Assembly (NCBI GenBank): GCA_041640455.1
Contig: JBEQAF010000074.1
Span: forward strand, 1-10,606
Origin: a bacterium
GTDB taxonomy: Bacteria > CALINM01
Direction: 5' to 3'
DNA: 10,606 nucleotides
The position numbers and the translations under genes were made by a program. This document shows, one piece after another, positions 1-7,237 of this stretch; the first letter of the stretch is position 1; every line of letters starts with the position of its first letter. The notes under the pieces are model-generated. The model was not told where the DNA came from, made no database searches, and saw only the letters and a list, made by a program, of their open reading frames with translations.

Positions 1-1
1 G

Positions 2-2272
2 GCAGCAGGTATAGAACCCGAAGAGGGGCGAGGTATCAGGGTTCAACTTGACAGAATGCTTGAAGAGATAAAACACAAAAAGGGCTATAAAAGCGATGCA
101 GAGCTTACAGAATCTGAGCTAAAAACATTGTGTGATAAATTTAAGAAAAAGGTTAAAGAAGTGCTAAAAAAAGAGTTTCCAGATGATCCCTATGAACAGC
201 TGTGGGGTGGAATAGGAGCTGTTTTTGCATCCTGGAACGGAAAAAGAGCTGTTTCATACAGAAGAATTGAGGGGATACCCGATGAATGGGGAACAGCTGT
301 TAATGTTCAGGCAATGGTGTTTGGAAACATGGGAGACACATCAGCCACTGGTGTGGCATTTACGAGAAATCCAGCTACAGGGGAGAACAAATTTTATGGT
401 GAATGGCTACCCAATGCTCAGGGAGAAGATGTTGTTGCAGGTATTAGAACCCCCAATCCTTTAAATGAAGACACAAAGAATGAACACAATAAGGACCTTC
501 CGTCCCTCGAAAAAGCCATGCCAAAGGTTTATAAAGAGCTTTTAAAAATAAGATCTGTGCTTGAAAAACACTATAAAGATATGCAGGATATTGAGTTTAC
601 TATTCAGGAAGGTAAGCTCTGGATGCTTCAGTGCAGGGTTGGGAAGAGGACAGGTCAGGCAGCTTTAAATATGGCAATGGATATGCTAAAAGAAAAGCTC
701 ATTACCAAAAAAGATGTGGTTATGAGAGTATCTCCTGCTCAGTTAGATGAGCTATTACATCCCATTGTTGATCCTGAGGAGGAAAAGAAGTATAAACCCA
801 TTGCAAAGGGTTTACCAGCAGGTCCAGGCGGAGCCTGTGGTGAGATAGTTTTTTCTGCTCAGGAAGCGGTTGAGGAGACCAAAAAGGGAAAAAAGGTTAT
901 ACTGGTTAGAGAAGAGACAAACCCTGAAGATGTGGAAGGTATGAGAGCAGCAGTAGGAATTCTTACTGCAAGAGGAGGAATGACGAGCCATGCTGCGCTT
1001 GTGGCAAGAGGATGGGGTAAATGCTGTATCGTAGGTTGTGGAGCATTAAAGATAAATTTTAAAGAAAAAACCCTTACCATAGGAGCTAAGGTCTTTAAAG
1101 CCGGAGATTATCTTACTCTTAATGGTACCAGAGGCAACGTGTATGAAGGTAAGCTTAAGATGGTTGACTCAACCCACAATCCAAGGTTTATGGAGTTTAT
1201 GAAAATAGTTGACTCTTTCAGAGAGCTGGGGATCAGAACTAACGCTGACACACCTGAGGATGCCACAAAGGCAAGAGAGTTTGGATGTGAAGGCATAGGA
1301 CTTTTCAGAACCGAGCATATGTTTTATGGAAAAAATTCAGAAAAGCCGCTTTTTAAACTCAGAAAGATGATAGTGTCCAAAACTGAAAAGGAACGCAGAG
1401 ATGCCCTTGAAGAGCTATTCCCCTATGTGAAAAAGGATATTAAGGATACCCTTGCTGTTATGGATGGGCTTCCTGTAACTATTAGACTGCTTGATCCACC
1501 ATTACATGAGTTTGTTCCGAACAATCAGGATGAGAGAAAAAAACTGGCTGAGAGCCTGAAGATATCTATTGAAGAGTTCAACAAAAGAGCTGATGAGCTG
1601 CACGAAACAAATCCCATGATGGGGCACAGAGGGGTAAGACTGGGTATTACCTATCCCGAGATTACGGAGATGCAGGTAAGGGCTATATTTGAGGCGGCGG
1701 CAGAGCTTATAAAGGAAGGCAAAAAGGTCTATCCTGAGATAATGGTACCTGTAGTTGCTACAAAAAATGAATTAGATCATCAGAAAGAGATTGTTCTCAA
1801 AGTATACGACGAGGTTTGCAAAAAATATAAGCTTAAAAAGCTTGATTATCTGTTCGGAACCATGATTGAGATCCCGAGAGCGGCTCTTACAGCAAATAAG
1901 ATTGCTGAAAGTGCACAGTTTTTTTCATTCGGAACAAACGATCTAACCCAGATGGGCTTTGGTTTTTCAAGAGATGATATTGGTAACTTTCTCCAGGATT
2001 ATCTGGATAAAAAGATGTTACCTGCCGATCCTTTCCAGACTATTGATCAGGATGGTATTGGTGAACTTATAAGATTTGGTGTGGAAAGAGGTAGAAGTAC
2101 TAAACCTGATCTGAAAATAGGAATATGCGGTGAACATGGTGGAGAACCCAGATCTATTGAGTTCTGCCATAAATTAGGCTTTAATTATGTAAGCTGTTCG
2201 CCCTTTAGAGTTCCTGTAGCAAGGCTTGCTGCGGCGCAAGCAGCTATTCTTTTTCCAAGAAAAAAGAAATAA
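2..2272 (+). CDS. ppdK: Pyruvate, phosphate dikinase (5'-truncated at the window edge)
   Basis: The frame is open from base 2 (AAGIEPEEGRGIRVQLDRM...), so the ATG at 56 is internal. PPDK motifs: WGTAVNVQAMVFGN, SATGVAFTRNP, NAQGEDVVAGIRTP, DMQDIEFT, phospho-His motif GGMTSHAALVARG (His codon 989-991), RTEHMF, IRLLDPPLHEF, GTMIEIPRA, FSFGTNDLTQ, catalytic ICGEHGG, and C-terminal SCSPFRVPVARLAAAQA. Stop TAA at 2270-2272. Confidence 0.98.
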   Translation, partial: AAGIEPEEGRGIRVQLDRMLEEIKHKKGYKSDAELTESELKTLCDKFKKKVKEVLKKEFPDDPYEQLWGGIGAVFASWNGKRAVSYRRIEGIPDEWGTAVNVQAMVFGNMGDTSATGVAFTRNPATGENKFYGEWLPNAQGEDVVAGIRTPNPLNEDTKNEHNKDLPSLEKAMPKVYKELLKIRSVLEKHYKDMQDIEFTIQEGKLWMLQCRVGKRTGQAALNMAMDMLKEKLITKKDVVMRVSPAQLDELLHPIVDPEEEKKYKPIAKGLPAGPGGACGEIVFSAQEAVEETKKGKKVILVREETNPEDVEGMRAAVGILTARGGMTSHAALVARGWGKCCIVGCGALKINFKEKTLTIGAKVFKAGDYLTLNGTRGNVYEGKLKMVDSTHNPRFMEFMKIVDSFRELGIRTNADTPEDATKAREFGCEGIGLFRTEHMFYGKNSEKPLFKLRKMIVSKTEKERRDALEELFPYVKKDIKDTLAVMDGLPVTIRLLDPPLHEFVPNNQDERKKLAESLKISIEEFNKRADELHETNPMMGHRGVRLGITYPEITEMQVRAIFEAAAELIKEGKKVYPEIMVPVVATKNELDHQKEIVLKVYDEVCKKYKLKKLDYLFGTMIEIPRAALTANKIAESAQFFSFGTNDLTQMGFGFSRDDIGNFLQDYLDKKMLPADPFQTIDQDGIGELIRFGVERGRSTKPDLKIGICGEHGGEPRSIEFCHKLGFNYVSCSPFRVPVARLAAAQAAILFPRKKK

Positions 2273-2312
2273 ATAAGATGGGGATGGATGCCACCATCCC
2301 CTTTTATGTTTT
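2273..2312. terminator. Rho-independent terminator, probably bidirectional (ppdK / rpoN)
   Basis: Perfect 8-bp stem GGGGATGG (2280-2287) / CCATCCCC (2294-2301) with a 6-nt loop ATGCCA. It is followed by TTTTATGTTTT on + and by ATCTTATTTATTTCTTTTT on -. It lies in the 54-bp gap between convergent genes. Confidence 0.85.
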
Positions 2313-2326
2313 AAAAAATCTTTGAG

Positions 2327-3733
2327 CTATTTCTTTCTTAAGCTGGAAGAAAGCACTCCCATACTCTCACGGTATTTGGTTACTGTCCTTCTCGCAATGC
2401 AGTAGCCTTTTGATTTTAAAATATCAGAAAGCTCCTGATCGCTGAGCGGTTTTTTGGGATCTTCTTTGCTTATAATTTCTTTTATCAGCTCCTTAACACT
2501 GGTAGAAGAAACATCTTCCACACCGATCTTTCTGATGCCTCCGCTGAAAAAATATTTCATTTCGAAAAGCCCTCTCGGAGTCATCATATATTTGTTGCTT
2601 GTGACCCTGCTTATGGTAGATTCATGAAGATTTAAAGATAAAGCCACATCTTTAAGTGTGAGAGGTTTCATATAACTGGGACCTTTATCAAAAAAATCCT
2701 TCTGTCTTTGCACAATCTCCCTGGCGACCATAAGTATGGTGCTACCTCTCTGCTGAATGCTTTTAATAAGCCAGAAGGCAGATTTAATCTTTTCCTGAAT
2801 AAAACTTCTAACCTTGGGGTCGCAGTTTTTATCCTTCAGCATTCTCTCATAGCTTTTGTTTATTTTTAAAAAAGGCATATCGTCCAGATTTAGTATAACA
2901 TCATAATCATCACCGTTTTTAGTCACGAAAACATCTGGCTGGATGGACTGATTTTCATATTCGGAAAACTCATAACCGCTTCCTGGCTTGGGATTAAGAT
3001 TATGATTTATAAAATCAAGGGCAAAGATTACATCCTCTTCTGTAATATTTAGCTCCTTTGCAATCTTTTTAAAGCTTTTTTTTGAAAGGTCTTCAAGATG
3101 GTAAGCTACGATATCTTTAATAAAATCCTTCGGAGAACCGTAAACCTCCAGCTGATTAAGCAGACACTCCTTTAGATCTCTTGAGGCTATTCCTACAGGA
3201 TCAAACTTTTGTATAATCTTTAAAACTTTTAAAACATCATCTTCTGCTATATTAAGGTTTTTTGCGATCTCATCAGCAGGGACTCTTAAATAGCCGTCTG
3301 AATCAATATTTCCAATTATCTCCTCACCAATCTTTACCTCTTCATCGGTGAGCTTTTCCAGATGCAACTGCCAGAGCAGATGGTCATAAAGTGTTACATG
3401 CTTTGCCGAATAAACTTCAAACCTATTTGAGATATCTTCATCATCATCCTGATATTCATGTTTTGAATAGGATCTTTCTTTTTCAAGATAGTCTTCGTTA
3501 ATTTTTGAGTAGTTATCAATAAACTTTTCAAACTCCAGATCAATCTCACTGGTAATGCCATCCTGAAGCGGATTATCCTTCAGCTCCAAAACTGGATTTT
3601 CGAGTATCTCCTGCCCTATCATATCTGTTAGTTCCAGATGATTGAGCTGTAAGATCTTTATGGAAAGCTGGAACTGTGGCGTAAGTACTAACTGCTGGGT
3701 AAGTTTGGTCTGAAGCTTAAGAGATAAAGCCAT
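2327..3733 (-). CDS. rpoN: RNA polymerase sigma-54 factor
   Basis: Gln/Leu-rich region I (QQLVLTPQFQLSIKILQL..LEL), ENPVLE, core-binding region (IIGNIDSDGYL, QKFDPVGIASRDLKECLLNQL), HTH LHESTISRVTSNKY, and RpoN box IARRTVTKYRE. It sits directly downstream of lptB, as in many diderms, with a TAATG stop/start overlap at 3733. Confidence 0.98.
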   Translation of the reverse strand: MALSLKLQTKLTQQLVLTPQFQLSIKILQLNHLELTDMIGQEILENPVLELKDNPLQDGITSEIDLEFEKFIDNYSKINEDYLEKERSYSKHEYQDDDEDISNRFEVYSAKHVTLYDHLLWQLHLEKLTDEEVKIGEEIIGNIDSDGYLRVPADEIAKNLNIAEDDVLKVLKIIQKFDPVGIASRDLKECLLNQLEVYGSPKDFIKDIVAYHLEDLSKKSFKKIAKELNITEEDVIFALDFINHNLNPKPGSGYEFSEYENQSIQPDVFVTKNGDDYDVILNLDDMPFLKINKSYERMLKDKNCDPKVRSFIQEKIKSAFWLIKSIQQRGSTILMVAREIVQRQKDFFDKGPSYMKPLTLKDVALSLNLHESTISRVTSNKYMMTPRGLFEMKYFFSGGIRKIGVEDVSSTSVKELIKEIISKEDPKKPLSDQELSDILKSKGYCIARRTVTKYRESMGVLSSSLRKK

Positions 3734-4449
3734 TATACTCTATACCCCTCCCCTAAATAGCTTTTTATTACTTTTTCATCCGATAATATGTCTTCTGGTT
3801 TCCCCTCCGAAATAATCTCTCCCGAACTTATAACATATGCCCTATCACAGATCTTAAGAGCCTCCCTAACATTGTGGTCTGTAATTATAATGCCGATTCC
3901 CTTTTTTTTAAGCTCTCTTACCATGTCCTGACTATCCGATACCAGTATGGGATCAACACCAGCAAATGGCTCATCAAGAAGGATAAATGAAGGAGATAAA
4001 GAAAGAGTTCTTGCTATCTCAAGGCGCCTTTTCTCGCCACCTGATAGGACAGATGCTTTTTCTTTTCGAATATGCTCTATTTTAAACTCTTTAAGCAGAC
4101 TGTTGGTGATAGATTCAATATCATCGGATGAGAAATTATTCTCCTCCAGAACCAGTCTAATATTATCTTCCACAGAAAGCCTTCTGAATATGGATTGCTC
4201 ATGGGGTAAGTAGGATAGCCCCTTTTTAGCTCTAAGGTATATCGGTAGATTGGTAATATCATCATTGTCTATGGTAATTTTGCCGCTGTCTGCCTTTATA
4301 ATCCCTGCAACCATGTAAAATGTTGTGGTCTTTCCAGCTCCATTGGGTCCTAAAAGCCCTACTATCTCCCCTCTGGATACCTGAATGGTTACATCCTTCA
4401 CAACCAATCTTTTGGAATAACTTTTTCTCAAATTTTCAGCTATGAGCAC
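3733..4449 (-). CDS. lptB: LPS export ABC transporter ATP-binding protein LptB
   Basis: GTG start preceded by AGGAG. Walker A GPNGAGKTT, Q-loop region YLPHEQSIFRRL, signature LSGGEKRRLEIAR, Walker B/D-loop LLDEPFAGVDP, H-loop ITDHNVRE, and C-terminal YLGE. Located between lptA and rpoN. Confidence 0.96.
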   Translation of the reverse strand: MLIAENLRKSYSKRLVVKDVTIQVSRGEIVGLLGPNGAGKTTTFYMVAGIIKADSGKITIDNDDITNLPIYLRAKKGLSYLPHEQSIFRRLSVEDNIRLVLEENNFSSDDIESITNSLLKEFKIEHIRKEKASVLSGGEKRRLEIARTLSLSPSFILLDEPFAGVDPILVSDSQDMVRELKKKGIGIIITDHNVREALKICDRAYVISSGEIISEGKPEDILSDEKVIKSYLGEGYRV

Positions 4450-4450
4450 C

Positions 4451-4912
4451 CTATTCTCCTATTTTAAATATTACTCTCGGTCTATTACCTTCAACAACGC
4501 TTTTATTTTCTTTAAGATAAATGGTAACCTTGTTCCCAGATATCTGATTATCATCTTCCTTCACAGTTGCTGGATCACCAGTTAGAATAATTATCTCCTT
4601 ATCTTTGTAAAACTTTGCTTCATTCCCCGTAGCTACTCTCATTCCCTGAACAACTTTTACATTTCCTTCTGCAACAATATAGTCCACATCTTTTTTCTTA
4701 TCTGCAGATGATTCTTTGTAATAAACCTTTAAAACAGCGGAAAATAAAGTAAGATCATCCCTCCTGGCTACCACATCATCATAGAAGGTAATAACACTTT
4801 TTCCAGAATCAACCTCCATTCTGTTGGAATTTATATCTATTGTCCCACCTTTTTGACCATAAAGGGGCGAAATAAAAATTGTTAGAAACAGTCCAATAAG
4901 CAGTTTCTTCAT
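4451..4912 (-). CDS. lptA: LPS transport periplasmic protein LptA (OstA-like beta-jellyroll)
   Basis: Signal peptide MKKLLIGLFLTIFISPLYG. LptA-type beta-strand pattern IDINSNRMEV, IVAEGNVKVVQG.RVATG..A.F, IILTGDP, NQISGNKVTIYL. GAGG upstream of the start; canonical position before lptB. Confidence 0.9.
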   Translation of the reverse strand: MKKLLIGLFLTIFISPLYGQKGGTIDINSNRMEVDSGKSVITFYDDVVARRDDLTLFSAVLKVYYKESSADKKKDVDYIVAEGNVKVVQGMRVATGNEAKFYKDKEIIILTGDPATVKEDDNQISGNKVTIYLKENKSVVEGNRPRVIFKIGE

Positions 4913-5412
4913 AAATTGCCTCTCACACTGCTTGCTTTAAACAGTTTTTTTTCAAGATCATATTCAAAATTGGTTCCTTCTATGGTAATGTTATTAAAGA
5001 TTAAAATAGTTTTACTGCTTGAAAGGATCTTTTTTTCTTTAATATGATAGGCAAGCTCGTCAGAAATAATTTTATTACTATCTGAGATTACTTTTGCATC
5101 CTGTTTAAGAACAAACCTTTCTCCCTGATCTAAAAAACCATTCTTTGCAGAAAAGCTTAGTTTACTATCTTTCGAAATATAATTACCCTCAGGGAAACTA
5201 ATATTGATAGTATTGGCTATTTTTTCAAGGACTTTTCCACGAATATCAAGATAGCCATTATCAAGAATAAAGGTATGATTAAAGTTTACAGCCTGGTCTC
5301 CATCCCCTGAGAGTAAGTTCGATTTTTGTTGAGAAAAGATAATGTTCTGGCTATAAATGTAGATTACGATTAGCAAAAGGTTAAAAGAGAAAAAATATAT
5401 AGCATTTTTCAT
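4909..5412 (-). CDS. lptC: LPS export periplasmic protein LptC (divergent)
   Basis: Single N-terminal hydrophobic segment (AIYFFSFNLLLIVIYIYS) followed by a beta-rich domain with LptC-like patterns (FSAKNG, IISDELAYHIKEKKILS, ITIEGTNFEYDL). ATGA overlap with lptA. The assignment rests partly on synteny. Confidence 0.75.
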   Translation of the reverse strand: MKNAIYFFSFNLLLIVIYIYSQNIIFSQQKSNLLSGDGDQAVNFNHTFILDNGYLDIRGKVLEKIANTINISFPEGNYISKDSKLSFSAKNGFLDQGERFVLKQDAKVISDSNKIISDELAYHIKEKKILSSSKTILIFNNITIEGTNFEYDLEKKLFKASSVRGNL

Positions 5413-5419
5413 ACCAAAT

Positions 5420-5447
5420 ACTATATCACTTTTTTTATTTTTTGCAA
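5420..5447 (-). promoter_or_regulatory. Sigma70-type promoter for lptC-lptA-lptB-rpoN (extended -10; predicted leaderless)
   Basis: On the - strand: TTGCAA (5447-5442), 16-nt spacer ending in TGA, TATAGT (5425-5420), 7 nt, then the ATG at 5412. No Shine-Dalgarno. Confidence 0.7.
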
Positions 5448-5469
5448 ATACTTGTTTTTATGCTATTCT
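5442..5469 (+). promoter_or_regulatory. Sigma70-type promoter for the radical SAM gene (extended -10; predicted leaderless)
   Basis: On the + strand: TTGCAA (5442-5447), 16-nt spacer ending in TGC, TATTCT (5464-5469), 7 nt, then the ATG at 5477. No Shine-Dalgarno. Confidence 0.68.
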
Positions 5470-5476
5470 ATTAGAA

Positions 5477-7237
5477 ATGAACAAAGTAGATGTTATATTT
5501 TTACATGCCCCGAGTATTTACGACTTCAGAAAAAAACCTGTAGTTCACGGTCCCATAAGCGATGTTATTCCTTCAGGACCCATATTTGAGATGTATCCTA
5601 TCGGATTCATAAGTCTTTGTGGTCATCTTGAAAAGGCTGGTTTTTCTACAAGAATAATAAACATTGCCAATAAAATGTTAAATTCCCTTAAGTATGATCC
5701 TGAATTGGAGATTAAAAAACTTAAGCCGAGGGCTTTCTGTATAGATCTACATTGGTTTCCACATGTTCATGGTAGTTTAAAAATAGCTGAGATCTGTAAA
5801 AAATATCATCCTGATATACCTGTAATATTTGGGGGATACTCTTCCACCTATTTTCATAAAGAGCTGATAAACTATCATTTCATTGATTTTATTTTGAAGG
5901 GTGACTCTACCGAGATGCCCATGGTAATGCTTATTAAAGCCATTATGGAGGGGGGAGATTTCAGTAAAATACCCAATCTTACTTACAAAGATAGTAATGG
6001 TAAAGTCTTTTCAAATAACATAACCTATGTACCTGATAGTACTGATTATGTGTTCACTGATTACAGTTTTCCCATCAGGAAGACCTTTAAATTTTTTGAT
6101 ATAAACGGCTATATCCCCTTTCAGACATGGCTTAAATATCCTGTAACAGCTGTTTTTCTTTACAGAGGCTGCTATCACAACTGTAAAACCTGTGGAGGTT
6201 CTAAGTTTACCTGTGAAAATACATTTAACAGAACCGAGCTGGCTTATAAATCTCCCCATAAAGTAGCTGAAGAGGTAAAAAAGGTTTCCGAATACATTAA
6301 CGGTCCCTGTTTTTTAATAGGCGACATTCTTCAGAAAGGCAGAGGTTATGCAGAAGAGATACTCAGGGAGTTAAAATCATTAAATCTGAAAAAAGATATT
6401 GCCTTCGAGTTTTTTGTCCCTCCACCGGAGGATTTTGTAATTAAAATGAAAGACTCAATAGACAAATATAATGTGGAGATCTCACCTGAATCCCATGATG
6501 AAGAGGTAAGAAGAGCTTTTGGCAGACCCTTTAATAACGAACAGATAGAAAGATCCCTTAATGCTCTTATAAAAAACAATTGCAGGAGAATAGATCTCTT
6601 TTTTATGACCGGACTACCCAAACAGACTTATAAATCAGTTATGGAGACCATAGATTATTGCGATTATCTCCTTAATAAATACGGCAGGGATAAAACACTC
6701 TATCCCTTTATCTCACCGCTTGCTCCCTATGTGGATCCTGGTTCACCAGTATGGGAGAATCCTGAGGAGCACGGCTATAAATTTTTTGCCAGGACTGTAG
6801 AAGAACACAGGATTATGATGGAAAATGCTCTTTCATGGAAATATTTTCTTAATTATGAGACCCAGTGGATGACCAGAGATGAGATCGTTTTCAGCACCTA
6901 TGAGGCAGGTATTAAACTAAATGAGCTTAAGAAAAAATACGGTTTAATATCCCCAAAGATAGCAGATCTGGTATATAAAAGGGCAAAAACAGCTATGGCT
7001 TATATACGAAAGATTGATGAGATTTTAGAGATGGGCGAAGAAGGGAAAAAGGAATGGGATAGAATATCAAGGGAGATAAGAGATATTAATATCCACACAA
7101 TCTGTTACAAAGATGAGCTTAACTGGCCTGTGGGTATTTATAAATTCAACATAATAAAAATATTGGCTCTTATTATCAAATCGGGCTTTAAAAAAATATT
7201 TCAGAAAAAAGCAGAACCTGTGGTAGAAAAGGCTTAA
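5477..7237 (+). CDS. B12-binding domain / radical SAM protein (TIGR04190 / Ta0216-like family)
   Basis: Radical SAM motif RGCYHNCKTCGGS (C232/C236/C239; bases 6170-6193). N-terminal B12-binding-like Rossmann segment (YPIGFISLCGHLEKAG, PDIPVIFGGYSST, DFILKGD). Barrel motifs EISPESHDEEVR and DLFFMTGLPKQ. The N-terminus LHAPSIYDFR..GPISDVIPS..IFEMYPIGF is recalled as characteristic of TIGR04190; no search was run. Confidence 0.88.
   Translation: MNKVDVIFLHAPSIYDFRKKPVVHGPISDVIPSGPIFEMYPIGFISLCGHLEKAGFSTRIINIANKMLNSLKYDPELEIKKLKPRAFCIDLHWFPHVHGSLKIAEICKKYHPDIPVIFGGYSSTYFHKELINYHFIDFILKGDSTEMPMVMLIKAIMEGGDFSKIPNLTYKDSNGKVFSNNITYVPDSTDYVFTDYSFPIRKTFKFFDINGYIPFQTWLKYPVTAVFLYRGCYHNCKTCGGSKFTCENTFNRTELAYKSPHKVAEEVKKVSEYINGPCFLIGDILQKGRGYAEEILRELKSLNLKKDIAFEFFVPPPEDFVIKMKDSIDKYNVEISPESHDEEVRRAFGRPFNNEQIERSLNALIKNNCRRIDLFFMTGLPKQTYKSVMETIDYCDYLLNKYGRDKTLYPFISPLAPYVDPGSPVWENPEEHGYKFFARTVEEHRIMMENALSWKYFLNYETQWMTRDEIVFSTYEAGIKLNELKKKYGLISPKIADLVYKRAKTAMAYIRKIDEILEMGEEGKKEWDRISREIRDINIHTICYKDELNWPVGIYKFNIIKILALIIKSGFKKIFQKKAEPVVEKA

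Noticed and set aside
56..58. ATG at 56 as the ppdK start
   Set aside because: The frame is open to base 2 and the PPDK N-terminal region is missing; the gene starts upstream of the window.
225..1296. Short ORFs 225-464 (+), 859-1080 (-), 1108-1296 (-)
   Set aside because: Wholly inside ppdK with no recognisable motifs; these are shadow or alternate-frame ORFs.
2..3733. PPDK as a functional stand-in for the missing PTS-Ntr genes next to rpoN
   Set aside because: PPDK is related to enzyme I, but it is convergent, separated by a terminator and has intact dikinase motifs. Nothing in the sequence supports a link.
3902..3909. T8 run in lptB (and similar A/T runs elsewhere) as phase-variation tracts
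   Set aside because: They encode Lys runs, are expected at this AT content, and all frames are intact.
3947..4265. ORFs 3947-4213 (+) and 4077-4265 (-)
   Set aside because: They overlap the conserved lptB core. The lptB main frame is intact, so there is no evidence of a frameshift.
5428..5447. TTGC as a sigma54 -12 element for rpoN autoregulation
   Set aside because: No GG at the -24 position on either strand; the sigma70 reading fits far better.
6011..6621. ORFs 6011-6259 (-) and 6346-6621 (-)
   Set aside because: Antisense to the radical SAM gene with no protein-like features.
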